Positions 18,600 through 28,442 of a stretch of 64,000 nt of DNA are shown in pieces; the stretch's first letter is position 1; every line of letters begins with the position of its first letter. The notes beneath the pieces were generated by a model. The model was not told where the DNA came from. It was given only the letters and a program-made list of their open reading frames with translations, and did no database searches. This stretch comes from an uncultured delta proteobacterium (lineage in GTDB: Bacteria; Myxococcota; Kuafuiibacteriia; Kuafuiibacteriales; Kuafuiibacteriaceae), in the NCBI GenBank assembly GCA_963803435.1, contig CAWDML010000007.1:192001-256000 (forward strand), written 5' to 3'. The translations under genes and the position numbers were made by a program.

Positions 18600-19274
18600 T
18601 CAGTGCGTCAGAAGGTAGACCAGCCCCGCGGTCAGCGCGACGGCGGCGGAGCCGAACATCACGTTGGACGCGACCGCCTCGACGCTCGCCCGATGCCGGG
18701 CGGACGCGTCCATCTGGCGACCGCCGTCGTACAGATGCTGAGCGCCGACACGAAGACCGATCCCCGTGCCGGTGAGCGCGACGCTGGTGCCGATCGCGGT
18801 CCAGGAGAGGATCGGGCCGAGCGACCGATCCGGCGGCGGAGGCGATGAGACGTCGAGCGACGGCTGCGGGACCTCCTCGGTCGTCGACGGGAAGAGGATC
18901 GCGCCGAGCCCCTGGAAGACCGACGGCCAGAGCCCGCGATCGTCCAGGGAGTATTCCAGCTGCACCTGTCTCAGCACGCCCTGCTCCGGTGTGGCCAGAG
19001 CTGCGACCGCACGGCCGATCCGGAGCGCGCCGACCAGCTTCACCAGCACGATCTCGTTCGACCCGAAGTGCGCCGCGATCTCCCGCGCACACTCGTCGTT
19101 GCCGTGACACGTGACGACGTCGTCGATCGCGACCGACCTGTGCGTTGCCCGTGCGATCCCGTCCGCGATGGCCGCCACCGCGGCAGGCGCCTGATCGCCG
19201 GAGAGCTGCGCCGCCTCGGAGAGGTGAACGATCACCGGCGCGCCGATGGAGAGTAGACCCAACCAGGCGGGCAC
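18600..19274 (-). CDS. Hypothetical exported protein with C-terminal hydrophobic helices
   Basis: GTG start 7 nt after a TAAGCT -10 box; C-terminal Gly/Ala-rich TM hairpin; likely co-transcribed with the downstream lipoprotein. Confidence 0.55.
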   Translation of the reverse strand: MPAWLGLLSIGAPVIVHLSEAAQLSGDQAPAAVAAIADGIARATHRSVAIDDVVTCHGNDECAREIAAHFGSNEIVLVKLVGALRIGRAVAALATPEQGVLRQVQLEYSLDDRGLWPSVFQGLGAILFPSTTEEVPQPSLDVSSPPPPDRSLGPILSWTAIGTSVALTGTGIGLRVGAQHLYDGGRQMDASARHRASVEAVASNVMFGSAAVALTAGLVYLLTH

Positions 19275-19371
19275 GCTCCAAAGCTTAGTGAGGGTCGCGC
19301 TGGAGTCCAAGGCGGGACATACGAAAACGCGCCGGGGTCCTCGCGTGGACGCGAGGTCTTCTGCATCATCG

Positions 19372-21042
19372 ATGGGGCTGACGGACGCGATCCAGCTCGA
19401 TCGGCTCGACGGGGGCACGCTCCCTCGGTACCGGCTGCTCCACGAGATCGGGCGCGGCGGAATGGGGGCCGTGCACCTCGCCGCCCGCGACGGCGACCCG
19501 GACCCCTGCGTGGTCAAGCGGATCCACCCCGAGCACGAGACCAGCTCGACCGCCGCCAAGCGCTTCCTCCGGGAGGCGGAGCTCACCACGCTCCTCACAC
19601 ATCCCAACATCGCGCAGACGTTCGACGTCGGGATCGCCGGGACCGACGCCTACATCGCGATGGAGTTCATCCCGGGGAAGGACCTGGATCAGCTGGCCCA
19701 GGCGATGCGCGCCCGCGGCGCTCCGTTCCCGATCGAGCTGGCGGTGTCGATCGCGCTCAGCGTCCTCGACGCGCTGGCCTACGCACACGACGCGGTCGGC
19801 CCCGACGGCGCGAAGCTGGCGATCGTTCACCGCGATCTCGGGCCGAAGAACGTCATGATCACGTTCTCGGGCGAAGTGAAGGTGATCGACTTCGGGGTGG
19901 CGCGGGCCCGGATCGGAGACTTCCGCACGCAGAGCGGCGTCCTGGTGGGCACCGTGCCCTACTTCTCGCCCGAGCAGGCGAAGGGCAGGCCGATCGATGC
20001 GCGCAGCGACCTCTACAGCCTCTCGGTGTGGCTCTACGAGCTGCTCTCGGGGCGGCTGATGGTGACGTCCGAGACCGTGGTGCAGATGCTGGCGCAGGTG
20101 GTGGGCGACGTACCGGCGCCGCTCGATCAGGTTCGGCACGAGGTCCCGGCCGCGCTCGCACGCGCGATCGACCGCGGCCTCGCGAAGTCACCCCGGGATC
20201 GATGGCCGACCGCGCGAGCGTATGCGGAGGCGCTGCGCCAAGCGGCGGAGCCGGGGACACCGGCCGCGCTGGGAGCGCTGCTGACGGAGCGATTTCCCCA
20301 ACACGAGCGCGCGGCGCGGCAGGCGGTGGCCGCGGTCCGGCAGCAGTTCGAGATGGAGCACGACGACGCGGAGCTCTTCTCGAGGACCCGGACCACCGCA
20401 CGCCCACCCGACCGACGCGCGGAGGTCGCGCCGCGTAGGCGCGACCGCATGTATCTGGCCCTCCTCGCCCTGGCCGCCGGGGGGATCGGGATCGCGTGGC
20501 TGATCCGCGCGACTGCGCTCGTGGCGCCGCCATCACCGAGCGCCGAGCTGGTGCCGCCGCCGGTGGGCGTCACGCCGCGGATCGCTGCGGTGCCGGTGGA
20601 GGTCGCGCCGCGTCGGGTGCGGGCGCCGCCTCCCGCCGTCGCGGCTCCGAGCGTGCGACGGGTCCGTGCGGCGAGATCGACGGCGACGCTCGACGACCTC
20701 CTGGCGGAGCGCGGGCTCTCGCCGGAGGATCTCGCGCATCAGCACCGCCTCGAGCGCCTCGTGTCGCGCTGGAGGGCGGCCGAGCGGGCGCGGGACCCGA
20801 TCGCGATCGACCGGGCCGCGCGCGCGATCGAGGCGCACCTTTTCGAGGTCACGTTCGATCCCGAGCGCCTGCGGAAGCGCCTCTCCGAGCTCAAGGAACG
20901 CATGAGCTCGAGCGATGCGGCGCGCTTCGACCGTCGATTCCTCGACGCGTGGGACGCCGCGTCGAGGGTCGCGGACCGCGAGTCGTATCGGCGGACGTGC
21001 GCGCTGGTGGACGCGCTCGAGGGCGATCTCGAGCACCGGTGA
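19372..21042 (+). CDS. Membrane Ser/Thr protein kinase (Pkn2 type)
   Basis: IGRGGMGAV, VVKRI, HRDLGPKN, DFG, YFSPEQ, then a TM helix and a C-terminal helical domain. Confidence 0.92.
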   Translation: MGLTDAIQLDRLDGGTLPRYRLLHEIGRGGMGAVHLAARDGDPDPCVVKRIHPEHETSSTAAKRFLREAELTTLLTHPNIAQTFDVGIAGTDAYIAMEFIPGKDLDQLAQAMRARGAPFPIELAVSIALSVLDALAYAHDAVGPDGAKLAIVHRDLGPKNVMITFSGEVKVIDFGVARARIGDFRTQSGVLVGTVPYFSPEQAKGRPIDARSDLYSLSVWLYELLSGRLMVTSETVVQMLAQVVGDVPAPLDQVRHEVPAALARAIDRGLAKSPRDRWPTARAYAEALRQAAEPGTPAALGALLTERFPQHERAARQAVAAVRQQFEMEHDDAELFSRTRTTARPPDRRAEVAPRRRDRMYLALLALAAGGIGIAWLIRATALVAPPSPSAELVPPPVGVTPRIAAVPVEVAPRRVRAPPPAVAAPSVRRVRAARSTATLDDLLAERGLSPEDLAHQHRLERLVSRWRAAERARDPIAIDRAARAIEAHLFEVTFDPERLRKRLSELKERMSSSDAARFDRRFLDAWDAASRVADRESYRRTCALVDALEGDLEHR

Positions 21043-21128
21043 GCGCGGGGGGACGCGGGAGCGCCCCGAGACGAAAGATTGTGGGCGAAACGGGTCGAGA
21101 TTTTCGCCGGCTTTCGGTAGACACGGCC

Positions 21129-22535
21129 ATGCGCCTCGCCCTCGGAGCACTCACGTTGACCGCGTGCCTCGCGGTCGGGACGGCCGCGCTGGGGGAAGAG
21201 AACGACTCGGGCGCGCCCAGCCTCCCTCAAGACCCCTCTGACGAGCCGGATGTGGACGTGCCCGGCGAGCCCGACGGGCCGCAGACTCCCGAGGAGCGGC
21301 TGATCCAGCTCGAGGACAAGCTCGTCGATCTCGAGCAGCGTCTGAAGCAGGTCGAGCAGCAGGAGAAGTCACCGCTCACGCTCGGCGGTTACGCGGACTT
21401 CGGATTCTTCGCGCCGATCGGTGACGGGCCCGGCTGGGTCCAGGACTTCGGGAACGAGCAGCTGCCCGAGCTGGCCGGACAGTACGGCTGGGTGTTCCTG
21501 GGCGACATCCTCTCGACGGCGGTCAACTCGCGGGGCGAGGTCGCGGATCTCGGCAACGCCCCCGGAGCCAACCGCTTCGACAGCGTCCACTCGCAGGGCG
21601 CGCCCGGCTTCCTCCTGAACGAGGTGAACGTCCGCCTCAGCGTCGGGCTCCACGAGCGCGTCAAGATCACCACGAGCATGAACTTCGTGCCGCGCACCGG
21701 CTCCGACTTCGCGCTGGGAGACTTCTTCGATCTCGATCTGGCGGAGGTGGAATGGCACGCCTTCGACGCGCCCGACGTCTCGCTGTTCGCCGGCAAGATC
21801 GATCCGGTGATCGGAATCGAGTACAGGGAGCGCAAGGCGGACGGGCGCTTCGGCATCACGCCCTCGCTGATCGCGCGGTACACCACCGGCACGCAGCTCG
21901 GGCTCAAGGCGCGGGCAAAGTTCTTCGACGACTGGCTGATCGTGGCGCTCGCGTTCACCAACGGCACCTCGACGACCGAGCAGTTCCACTTCTACGACGA
22001 GGTCGACTCCAACGCCGGCAAGACCTTCAGCGGGCGGATCGCGATCCACATCCCCCTCGACGGGATCTCCTCGGCGTTCGAGGGACACTCGCTCGAGATC
22101 GGAGGCTCGGGGGAGGTCGGCCCGCAGGACCGCGACCCCGGCGGAGACGGTTACATCTGGTTCGCCGGGGCCGATCTCGCCTACCGCACGGTCTCGTTCG
22201 CGCTCAAGGCCGAGTTCCTCAAGGGACGCTCGCCCGGGAGCGACATCTTTCCCGCGTGGGAGCTGGATCTGAAGCGCGGCGCGTACCTCGAGGTCGACTG
22301 GATGGTGCTTCCCTGGCTGGGCCTGATGGTCCGAGGAGGCCTGCGCGACGCCTTCGTTGCGCTCGGCACGGAGCGAGCCTATGTCACCCAGTCGTGGCGT
22401 TTCACCGGCGGCGTGCGATTCGTATTGAATCACCACATCATCCTCAAGGCCGAGTACCTGAAGAATGGAGAGTACGGAGATGTTCCAGAGTTCCAGAACG
22501 ACGTCTTCACCAGCTCGCTGGTTCTCAGGTACTGA
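21129..22535 (+). CDS. Outer-membrane beta-barrel (porin-like) protein with N-terminal coiled coil
   Basis: Signal peptide, coiled coil LEDKLVDLEQRLKQVE, alternating beta strands, C-terminal aromatic residue (LVLRY). Confidence 0.75.
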   Translation: MRLALGALTLTACLAVGTAALGEENDSGAPSLPQDPSDEPDVDVPGEPDGPQTPEERLIQLEDKLVDLEQRLKQVEQQEKSPLTLGGYADFGFFAPIGDGPGWVQDFGNEQLPELAGQYGWVFLGDILSTAVNSRGEVADLGNAPGANRFDSVHSQGAPGFLLNEVNVRLSVGLHERVKITTSMNFVPRTGSDFALGDFFDLDLAEVEWHAFDAPDVSLFAGKIDPVIGIEYRERKADGRFGITPSLIARYTTGTQLGLKARAKFFDDWLIVALAFTNGTSTTEQFHFYDEVDSNAGKTFSGRIAIHIPLDGISSAFEGHSLEIGGSGEVGPQDRDPGGDGYIWFAGADLAYRTVSFALKAEFLKGRSPGSDIFPAWELDLKRGAYLEVDWMVLPWLGLMVRGGLRDAFVALGTERAYVTQSWRFTGGVRFVLNHHIILKAEYLKNGEYGDVPEFQNDVFTSSLVLRY

Positions 22536-22545
22536 GAGGACGCAG

Positions 22546-24039
22546 ATGCGCGCGCTCCTGCTGCTCACCGTGCTGCTGGCCGGCTGCGAGAGCGACCTCT
22601 TCACGTCCGCCGAGTGGGACCGGCTCGAGACCCTGGTGAACGTCGATCAGGATCCTCTGCCGGACCCGGTGAACAAGTACGTCGGCAATCCGGAGGCCGA
22701 GGCGCTCGGTCAGATGTTCTTCTTCGACGCGCGCTTCTCGGGCGTCGCGACCGAGGTCGACGTGCTCGGGCGTCCCACCACGGCCGCGCGCGCGCCGGTG
22801 GGCCAGCCGATCGGGATCATGTGCGCGACCTGCCACGATCCGTCCCGCGGCGGCGGCGATCACAGCTCGGTGCCAGGCAACGTCTCGATCGGCGCCGGCA
22901 TCTACGACGTCAACGCCGAGTCGGTGATCAACTCGGCGTACTACGACCTCAAGTACTGGAACGGCCGCTATGATTCGCTGGTGTGGCAGGCGATGTCGGT
23001 GCTCGAGAGCGGCGTCTCCATGAACACCGACCGGGTACGCGTCGCCTGGTTGATCAACGACCTCTATCGCGCCCGCTATCGGGCGCTGTTCGACGACCCG
23101 CTGCCGGCGTTCCCGCACACGTTCGACGAGCAGGCGGCGCTGCTCGAGCCCGACGGCCAGTGCACGCTCGACACCGGCTCGGCCTGTCCGGACGAGTGCA
23201 GCGAGGACGCGAGCGGTTGCTGGCCCCGCTTCCCTCTCCATGGGCGGCCCGGTCAAGGCACGTGCAAGCGGGGAGAGGCTCCCCTCGCGGACGGCTTCGA
23301 CTGCATGGAGGCGGCGGATCAAGCGGCGGTGACTCGTGTGCTCGTCAACGTCGCCAAGGCGATCGCGGCCTACGAGTTCACGCTGGTGAGCAGGAACTCC
23401 GCGTTCGATCGGTTCATGACCGAGGGTGAGGGCTCAGAGCTGATCCCAGCGTCGGCCCGCCGCGGCGCCAAGCTGTTCGTCGGCAAGGCGTCCTGCATCG
23501 ACTGCCATCGCACGCCGCTGTTCTCGGACGGCAAGTTTCACAACGTCGGCGTGCCGCAGACCGGGCCCGGCGTGCCGACCGAGGGGGACTGCCCGCCGGG
23601 CGGCACCTGCGACTGTGTGGCCGGGACCGTGTGCCTGCCCTGGGGCGCGCACTTCGGTCTGACGGTGCTCCACGGGACCAAGCTGCGCGTCGACAACAGC
23701 ACGTACAGCGACGACCCCGTGCTGACCGATCGGCTGCGTCCCTGGTACGAGCTCGAGCTGACGGACGATCTCAAGGGGGCGTGGCGCACGCCCAGCCTGC
23801 GCGACGCGGCGATCACGGCGCCCTACATGCACGACGGCTACTACCGCTCGCTCGACGAGGTGGTACGACACTACGCCCAGGGTGGGACGCGCCTGGGGTC
23901 CGCAAGCGATCAGCTCGACAAGCGGATTCGACCGCTCGATCTCTCCGAGGGAGAGATCCAGGATCTGGTCGAGTTTCTCAAGACGCTCACCGGCGAGCCG
24001 CTGCCGAGGGAGTTGGTCACGGCGCCAGCCCTGCCCTGA
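22546..24039 (+). CDS. Di-heme cytochrome c peroxidase family (bCcP/MauG/MbnH-like) lipoprotein
   Basis: LLAGC lipobox, LGQMFFFDARFS, CATCH, CIDCH, WRTPSLRD..ITAPYMHDG, DLVEFLKTL. Confidence 0.88.
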   Translation: MRALLLLTVLLAGCESDLFTSAEWDRLETLVNVDQDPLPDPVNKYVGNPEAEALGQMFFFDARFSGVATEVDVLGRPTTAARAPVGQPIGIMCATCHDPSRGGGDHSSVPGNVSIGAGIYDVNAESVINSAYYDLKYWNGRYDSLVWQAMSVLESGVSMNTDRVRVAWLINDLYRARYRALFDDPLPAFPHTFDEQAALLEPDGQCTLDTGSACPDECSEDASGCWPRFPLHGRPGQGTCKRGEAPLADGFDCMEAADQAAVTRVLVNVAKAIAAYEFTLVSRNSAFDRFMTEGEGSELIPASARRGAKLFVGKASCIDCHRTPLFSDGKFHNVGVPQTGPGVPTEGDCPPGGTCDCVAGTVCLPWGAHFGLTVLHGTKLRVDNSTYSDDPVLTDRLRPWYELELTDDLKGAWRTPSLRDAAITAPYMHDGYYRSLDEVVRHYAQGGTRLGSASDQLDKRIRPLDLSEGEIQDLVEFLKTLTGEPLPRELVTAPALP

Positions 24040-24048
24040 GGAGATGAG

Positions 24049-24900
24049 ATGAAGTCGAGATCGTTTTTCGTGATCGCTCTGGCGGCGCTGCCGTCGATCG
24101 CTCGCGCAGGTGACGCCGATTGCAAGGACGCGTTCGAGAAGGGCTACGCGGCCGGCAAGGACATCGAGGAGCTCCGCACCGAGGTGAAGGAGCTGAAGGG
24201 CACGCTGTCGAAGCTGATCGACATCCTGGGCGAGCACCCCGAGATCGCCGCGCTCCAGGAGGCCAAGGACGACGCGACGCGAGAGCGCCCGCCTCCGCGC
24301 GGCCGGAAGAAGGAGGAGGCGCCCACGTTCGGCGACATCGAGGGCAAGGTGACGTTCCTCGAAGGAACCAACGTCGCCTACGTCTATGTGGACAACGTGG
24401 GCGGGCGGCTCGCCCGGGGCCGCAAGGCCAACATCGCCCAGCGGAACAAGCAGTTCGCGCCTCGCTACCTGGTGGTGCAGAAGGGGACGGAGGTCGTCTT
24501 TCCCAACGAGGACGCCATCTATCACAACGTCTTCGCGCAGAACGCGGCCGCCACCTTCGACCTCGGGATCTATCGCAAGGGGGACGAGGCCAAGTCGTAC
24601 ATCTTCACCAAGCCCGGACTGATCGACATCTACTGCAACATGCACGCGAAGATGAACGCCGAGATCCTGGTGGTGCCGAACCATCTGTACACGCAGGTGC
24701 GACCCAACGGGACGTTCAAGCTGGTGCGGGTGCCGGAGGGGCGCCGGAAGATCGTCGCGTGGGGTCCGGGCGCTGCGCAGGTGAGCGGCTGGGTGGACGT
24801 GGCGGGCGGCAAGTCGGCGTCGATCAAGCTCGACCTGACGCCGCGGGACCAGGGATCGCACACGAACAAGAACGGTCAGCCCTACGGATCCTATCAGTGA
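24049..24900 (+). CDS. Exported cupredoxin-domain protein
   Basis: Signal peptide; FPNEDAIYHNVF and YCNMHAKM give a His-Cys-His-Met type-1 Cu site. Confidence 0.8.
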   Translation: MKSRSFFVIALAALPSIARAGDADCKDAFEKGYAAGKDIEELRTEVKELKGTLSKLIDILGEHPEIAALQEAKDDATRERPPPRGRKKEEAPTFGDIEGKVTFLEGTNVAYVYVDNVGGRLARGRKANIAQRNKQFAPRYLVVQKGTEVVFPNEDAIYHNVFAQNAAATFDLGIYRKGDEAKSYIFTKPGLIDIYCNMHAKMNAEILVVPNHLYTQVRPNGTFKLVRVPEGRRKIVAWGPGAAQVSGWVDVAGGKSASIKLDLTPRDQGSHTNKNGQPYGSYQ

Positions 24901-24905
24901 GGTGG

Positions 24906-25454
24906 ATGCTCGCATGGATCGCGGTCGCGGCGAGCTCGGGGTGTGCGTCGCAACAGCCGGCGCCCGACGGGGATCGAACGGCGGCCGTCATTCACCTCGG
25001 TGCGCGCTGGTTCCAGCATCGAGGGGCGTATCTCGGGATGACTCCGAACGAGGCCGAGGTGCGCGACGGCGAGCTCGACGACAGTGCGCCGCCCCAGGAC
25101 CACTTCTGGGACGAGCAGCTGGCGGTCGAGTCGGCCAGCCTGTGGCGAAAGCTCTGCAACGAGTGTCACGGGGGCCGCCGTAGCATCCAGAGGTCGAAGG
25201 AGCTGCCGGGCCCGCCGGAGGGCTGGGGCGACGGTGCCGGCCAGTTCTTCGGGCGGGAACGCGCGCGGCAGGAGATCTTTCGCGTAATCTTCCACGGCGG
25301 TGAGCCGCCCAAGGATCCGGCGCAGCAGAAGATGCCGCCCTGGGGCGACCGGCTGGCGCGCGAGCAGATCTGGGCGCTGGTGTGGTTCATCGAGCAGGCG
25401 TCGTCGGACGTGGTCCTGACGCTGCCGCTCGACCAGCAGAAGAAGCCCGAGTAG
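24906..25454 (+). CDS. Monoheme cytochrome c lipoprotein
   Basis: ASSGC lipobox, CNECH and KMPPWG..L..EQIWALV. Confidence 0.75.
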   Translation: MLAWIAVAASSGCASQQPAPDGDRTAAVIHLGARWFQHRGAYLGMTPNEAEVRDGELDDSAPPQDHFWDEQLAVESASLWRKLCNECHGGRRSIQRSKELPGPPEGWGDGAGQFFGRERARQEIFRVIFHGGEPPKDPAQQKMPPWGDRLAREQIWALVWFIEQASSDVVLTLPLDQQKKPE

Positions 25455-25460
25455 CCGCGG

Positions 25461-26940
25461 TCAGCGCTTGTTGAGGTCGCGGTCGAACGCCTGGATGCTG
25501 CGGGCGATGTCCTCGAGGCCCTCCGGCGTCTGGCTGACGCGGATCTGCTTGTAGAGCTCCAGATAACGGGCCTCGATCCGCGCCCGCTCCGCTTCTGGCG
25601 CGGTCTCAGCGAGACCGGCGACGCGGTGATCCATGCGATCGAGCTTCGCCACCAGCAGCTCGGGCGGGATGGGGGCCGTCTTGGCCAGCTCGAATCTGCG
25701 CCTTGAGGTCGCCGTTGGTGGCGGCGGCGCCGGGCAGGCGAGCGAAGTCCGCCTCACTGAGGCCGCGGGCCTCGAGGACGGTGCGGAGCTCCTTGGTCGG
25801 ATCGATCACCGCAGGCGGCGGCGGGGCCACGGGAACCGCCACCGGCGTCGAGTCGAGCTGGGCGTAAGCGATGGCGACGATGGTCCCGGCAGCGACGGCG
25901 CAGAGCACACCAATCAGCCCGCGGCGCGACGCGGGCGGTGCCATCGGCGAGGACTGCTGCTCGACCGACATGGTGCTCAGCAAGGAGGCAGGTTGCGCTT
26001 CGGGCGTGTGGGATCCCGAGAGCAACGTCTGGATCCGCTCCGACTCGGCGACCACCACCACGGCGCTCTCGGGGCGCTCCTCGGGTGACTTGGAGAGGAG
26101 CCAGAGCGCGAGACCCTCGAGGCCGCCGCACGGAGGAAGCGGAGGCGGAATCTCGCGCGCGTGCTTCGCCACGATGTCGGCGACATGCGTCCCTGAGAAC
26201 GGCTTCTTGCCGGCGAGCATCTCGTAGAGGACGACGCCGAGCGCGTAGAGATCGGCCGAGGGGGTCACGTCCGAGTTGCGCGCCTGCTCCGGCGCCATGT
26301 ACGCAGGCGTACCGACGACCAGCCCGTGCTCGGTCAGCTTTGTCGAGTCTTCGGTCTCCTGATCGATGCGGACGATGCCGAAGTCGAGGAGCTTGCCGAT
26401 CTCCTGTCCGTTCTCCTGGGCGATGACGATGTTGGCCGGCTTGACGTCGCGATGGACGAAACCGAGACGATGCGCGGCCGAGAGCGCACGAGCGATGTGC
26501 GCCGTGATGCGGGCGGCGCGCAGCGGGTTGAGCGGTGCCTCGTCGTGGATCAGATCGCGGAGACTCTTCCCCTCCGCGTACTCCATCACCAGATAGGTCA
26601 GACCTTCGTCCGTGGTGCCGAAGTCGACGACCGAGACCACGTGCGGGCTTCTGATCTTGCTGGCCGTCTGAGCCTCGCGGCGGAAGCGGCCCACGATCGT
26701 CTCGTCGGAGCCGAGATCTCCGAAGAGGACCTTGATGGCGAAGTCGGTCTCGAGCTCGCTGTGGCGTGCCCGATACACGCAGCCCGACGCCCCTTGTCCG
26801 ATCTTTTCGACGACGTGGTATCGGCCGAGTTGTTGGCCGAGGAGCGGGTCGTCCACCTGATCGACCAGCCGCTCGCCGTCGATGCCGCAGTATTGCGTGC
26901 GCTTCGAGTAGATCGAGCGGCAGCGCGGACAGACGCGCAC
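25461..26940 (-). CDS. Ser/Thr protein kinase with N-terminal Zn-ribbon; apparent frameshift near 25693
   Basis: CPRC...CGIDG, IGQGASGCVY, HRDVKPAN, DFG, YMAPEQ and a TM helix. The C-terminus continues in the 25461-25757 frame. Confidence 0.88.
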
Positions 26941-27051
26941 GAATGCACGATACCCATTCAGCCGGTAGACGACCAGCGGGTTCGTCCCACATTGGTCGAC
27001 ATCGGATCGGTTGGGCGTCACGCCGCGCCCGCGGCCGGCACTCACTCTCTG

Positions 27052-27195
27052 ATGAAGGACCAGGACTCGGGCTCCACCCAGGAGAACACCGGCCTGGACG
27101 AGGATCCGGCGGTGCGAGACGCGTCCGCCCCGGGTTCGCCGCCCAAGGAGCAGGACCCCGCCGAGCCGCGCTTCGTCGATTGGCCCAAGGACTAG
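27052..27195 (+). CDS. Small acidic hypothetical protein (47 aa)
   Basis: MKDQDSGSTQENTGLDEDP...FVDWPKD with G/C-ending codons. Its TAG stop lies in the duplicated CTAG. Confidence 0.45.
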   Translation: MKDQDSGSTQENTGLDEDPAVRDASAPGSPPKEQDPAEPRFVDWPKD

Positions 27196-27224
27196 GAGCG
27201 TGTAGCGCGTAGCGCTACCGCGAG

Positions 27225-27258
27225 CCCGGTCCGGGTCCCGGTCCCGGTCCCGGTCCCG
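27225..27258 (+). repeat. (GGTCCC)n hexamer tract in the left inverted repeat
   Basis: CCCGGTCCGGGTCCCGGTCCCGGTCCCGGTCCCG. Confidence 0.9.
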
Positions 27259-27265
27259 ATGGCGA

Positions 27266-27634
27266 TCATGCAGCCCGGCGTGCGTTCATCGACTTGATGA
27301 GGCGCGTGAGCATCTCGACAACGCGCTTGAGCTTGGCTCTGGCGGCTTGGACCTTCTGCTCGTTGGTGAGTCGGCGCCTCAAGCAGGTGTGGAGTGAGGC
27401 GGCGCTTTCGGTGCCAGAGCGAAGTGCCATCCGGTAGAAGCGAGCCTTCTCAGGTGGATTGAACTCTCCGGCGCCCTCGGCGGTGTTGTTCACGATGGAA
27501 TCGGATGCCCGCCGAAGCTGATCGCGGACGTGAGCGTAACCGGGTTGCAGTTCTTGTGCGATCTCTTCAGCGATGTCGGCATACTCGACGGCGAGCTGGT
27601 AGACCTCGAGCTTCTCGTGATCGAAAGTGACCAT
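27266..27634 (-). CDS. Four-helix-bundle protein (23S rRNA IVP / bAvd-like)
   Basis: FDHEKLEVYQ, DQLRRASDSIVNNTAEGAG and KARFYRMALRSGTE family motifs. Confidence 0.9.
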   Translation of the reverse strand: MVTFDHEKLEVYQLAVEYADIAEEIAQELQPGYAHVRDQLRRASDSIVNNTAEGAGEFNPPEKARFYRMALRSGTESAASLHTCLRRRLTNEQKVQAARAKLKRVVEMLTRLIKSMNARRAA

Positions 27635-27747
27635 GCAAGCTAGCTTGCGGTAGCTCGTCCACTTTGACCAGCAGAAGTTAGCTCGAACCATCCCCAGGCC
27701 CAACTGAACGAAATGATGGATGGCCGCATCATCGCGTTCCTGCAAAT

Positions 27748-28356
27748 GTGGACGGCACACCGAGGCCCAACGCTCAGAGGAACTTCACCGACTCAGACAG
27801 CAGGATCATGTTGAAGGAGGGAGCGTACCTCCAGGCCTACAATGCCCAAGTTGTCGTAGATGAGCACGCTCAGGTGATTGTCGCCGAAGGGGTCAGCAAC
27901 CAGGCACCTGATCAGCAACACCTCGTCCCGATGCTCCGTGATGTGTTCGGCAACTGCGGCGATGCTCCGCGGAAGATGACGGCAGACAACGGCTGTCTGA
28001 GCGCGACCAACATCGAATTCTGCGACAACAATCAGATCGATGCCCACATCGCTGTTGGACGCGAACAGAACCAAGACGCGTCGACTCCGTCCTCATCAGC
28101 TTCGGAGCCCACACCTGCCTCGCTCGCTCGCAAGCGAATGCGAGACAAGTTGCAAACGCGCGACGGCAAGCCGGTCTACGCCCGCAGGAAGAGTATCGTC
28201 GAACCGGCGCTCGGACAGATCAAAGCGGCACGAGGATTCCGCCGGTTCTCGCTACGCTCCTTCTTCAAGGTACGAGCCGAGTGGACGCTCGTCTGCCTCA
28301 CCCACAACCTGCTCAAGCTCTACCGATCGAAGCTCGCGACCGTCGCGAGCGTCTGA
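27748..28356 (+). pseudogene. IS1182-family transposase, C-terminal part only
   Basis: QRNFTDSDSRIM, QAYNAQ, TADNG, YARRKSIVEP.LGQIK..RGFRRFSLR, EWTLVCLTHNLLKL. The N-terminal half is missing. Confidence 0.85.
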
Positions 28357-28378
28357 CTCAAGGCAGCCATCTTCAGAT

Positions 28379-28412
28379 CGGGACCCGGACCGGGACCGGG
28401 ACCCGGACCGGG
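28379..28412 (-). repeat. (GGGACC)n hexamer tract in the right inverted repeat
   Basis: CGGGACCCGGACCGGGACCGGGACCCGGACCGGG. Confidence 0.9.
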
Positions 28413-28442
28413 GTCGCGTGAGCGCTTACGCGCTACACGCTC

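Noticed and set aside
25685-25700. Separate 98-aa gene after the kinase
   Set aside because: One extra base (ATT CGA instead of ATC GAG) explains it, and the repaired C-terminus resembles that of the other kinase.
27266-27634. Diversity-generating retroelement (bAvd-like gene)
   Set aside because: No reverse transcriptase and no TR/VR pair with adenine-specific mismatches was seen in the window.
27225-28412. CRISPR array
   Set aside because: These are tandem hexamers without spacers, they lie within inverted repeats, and no cas genes are present.
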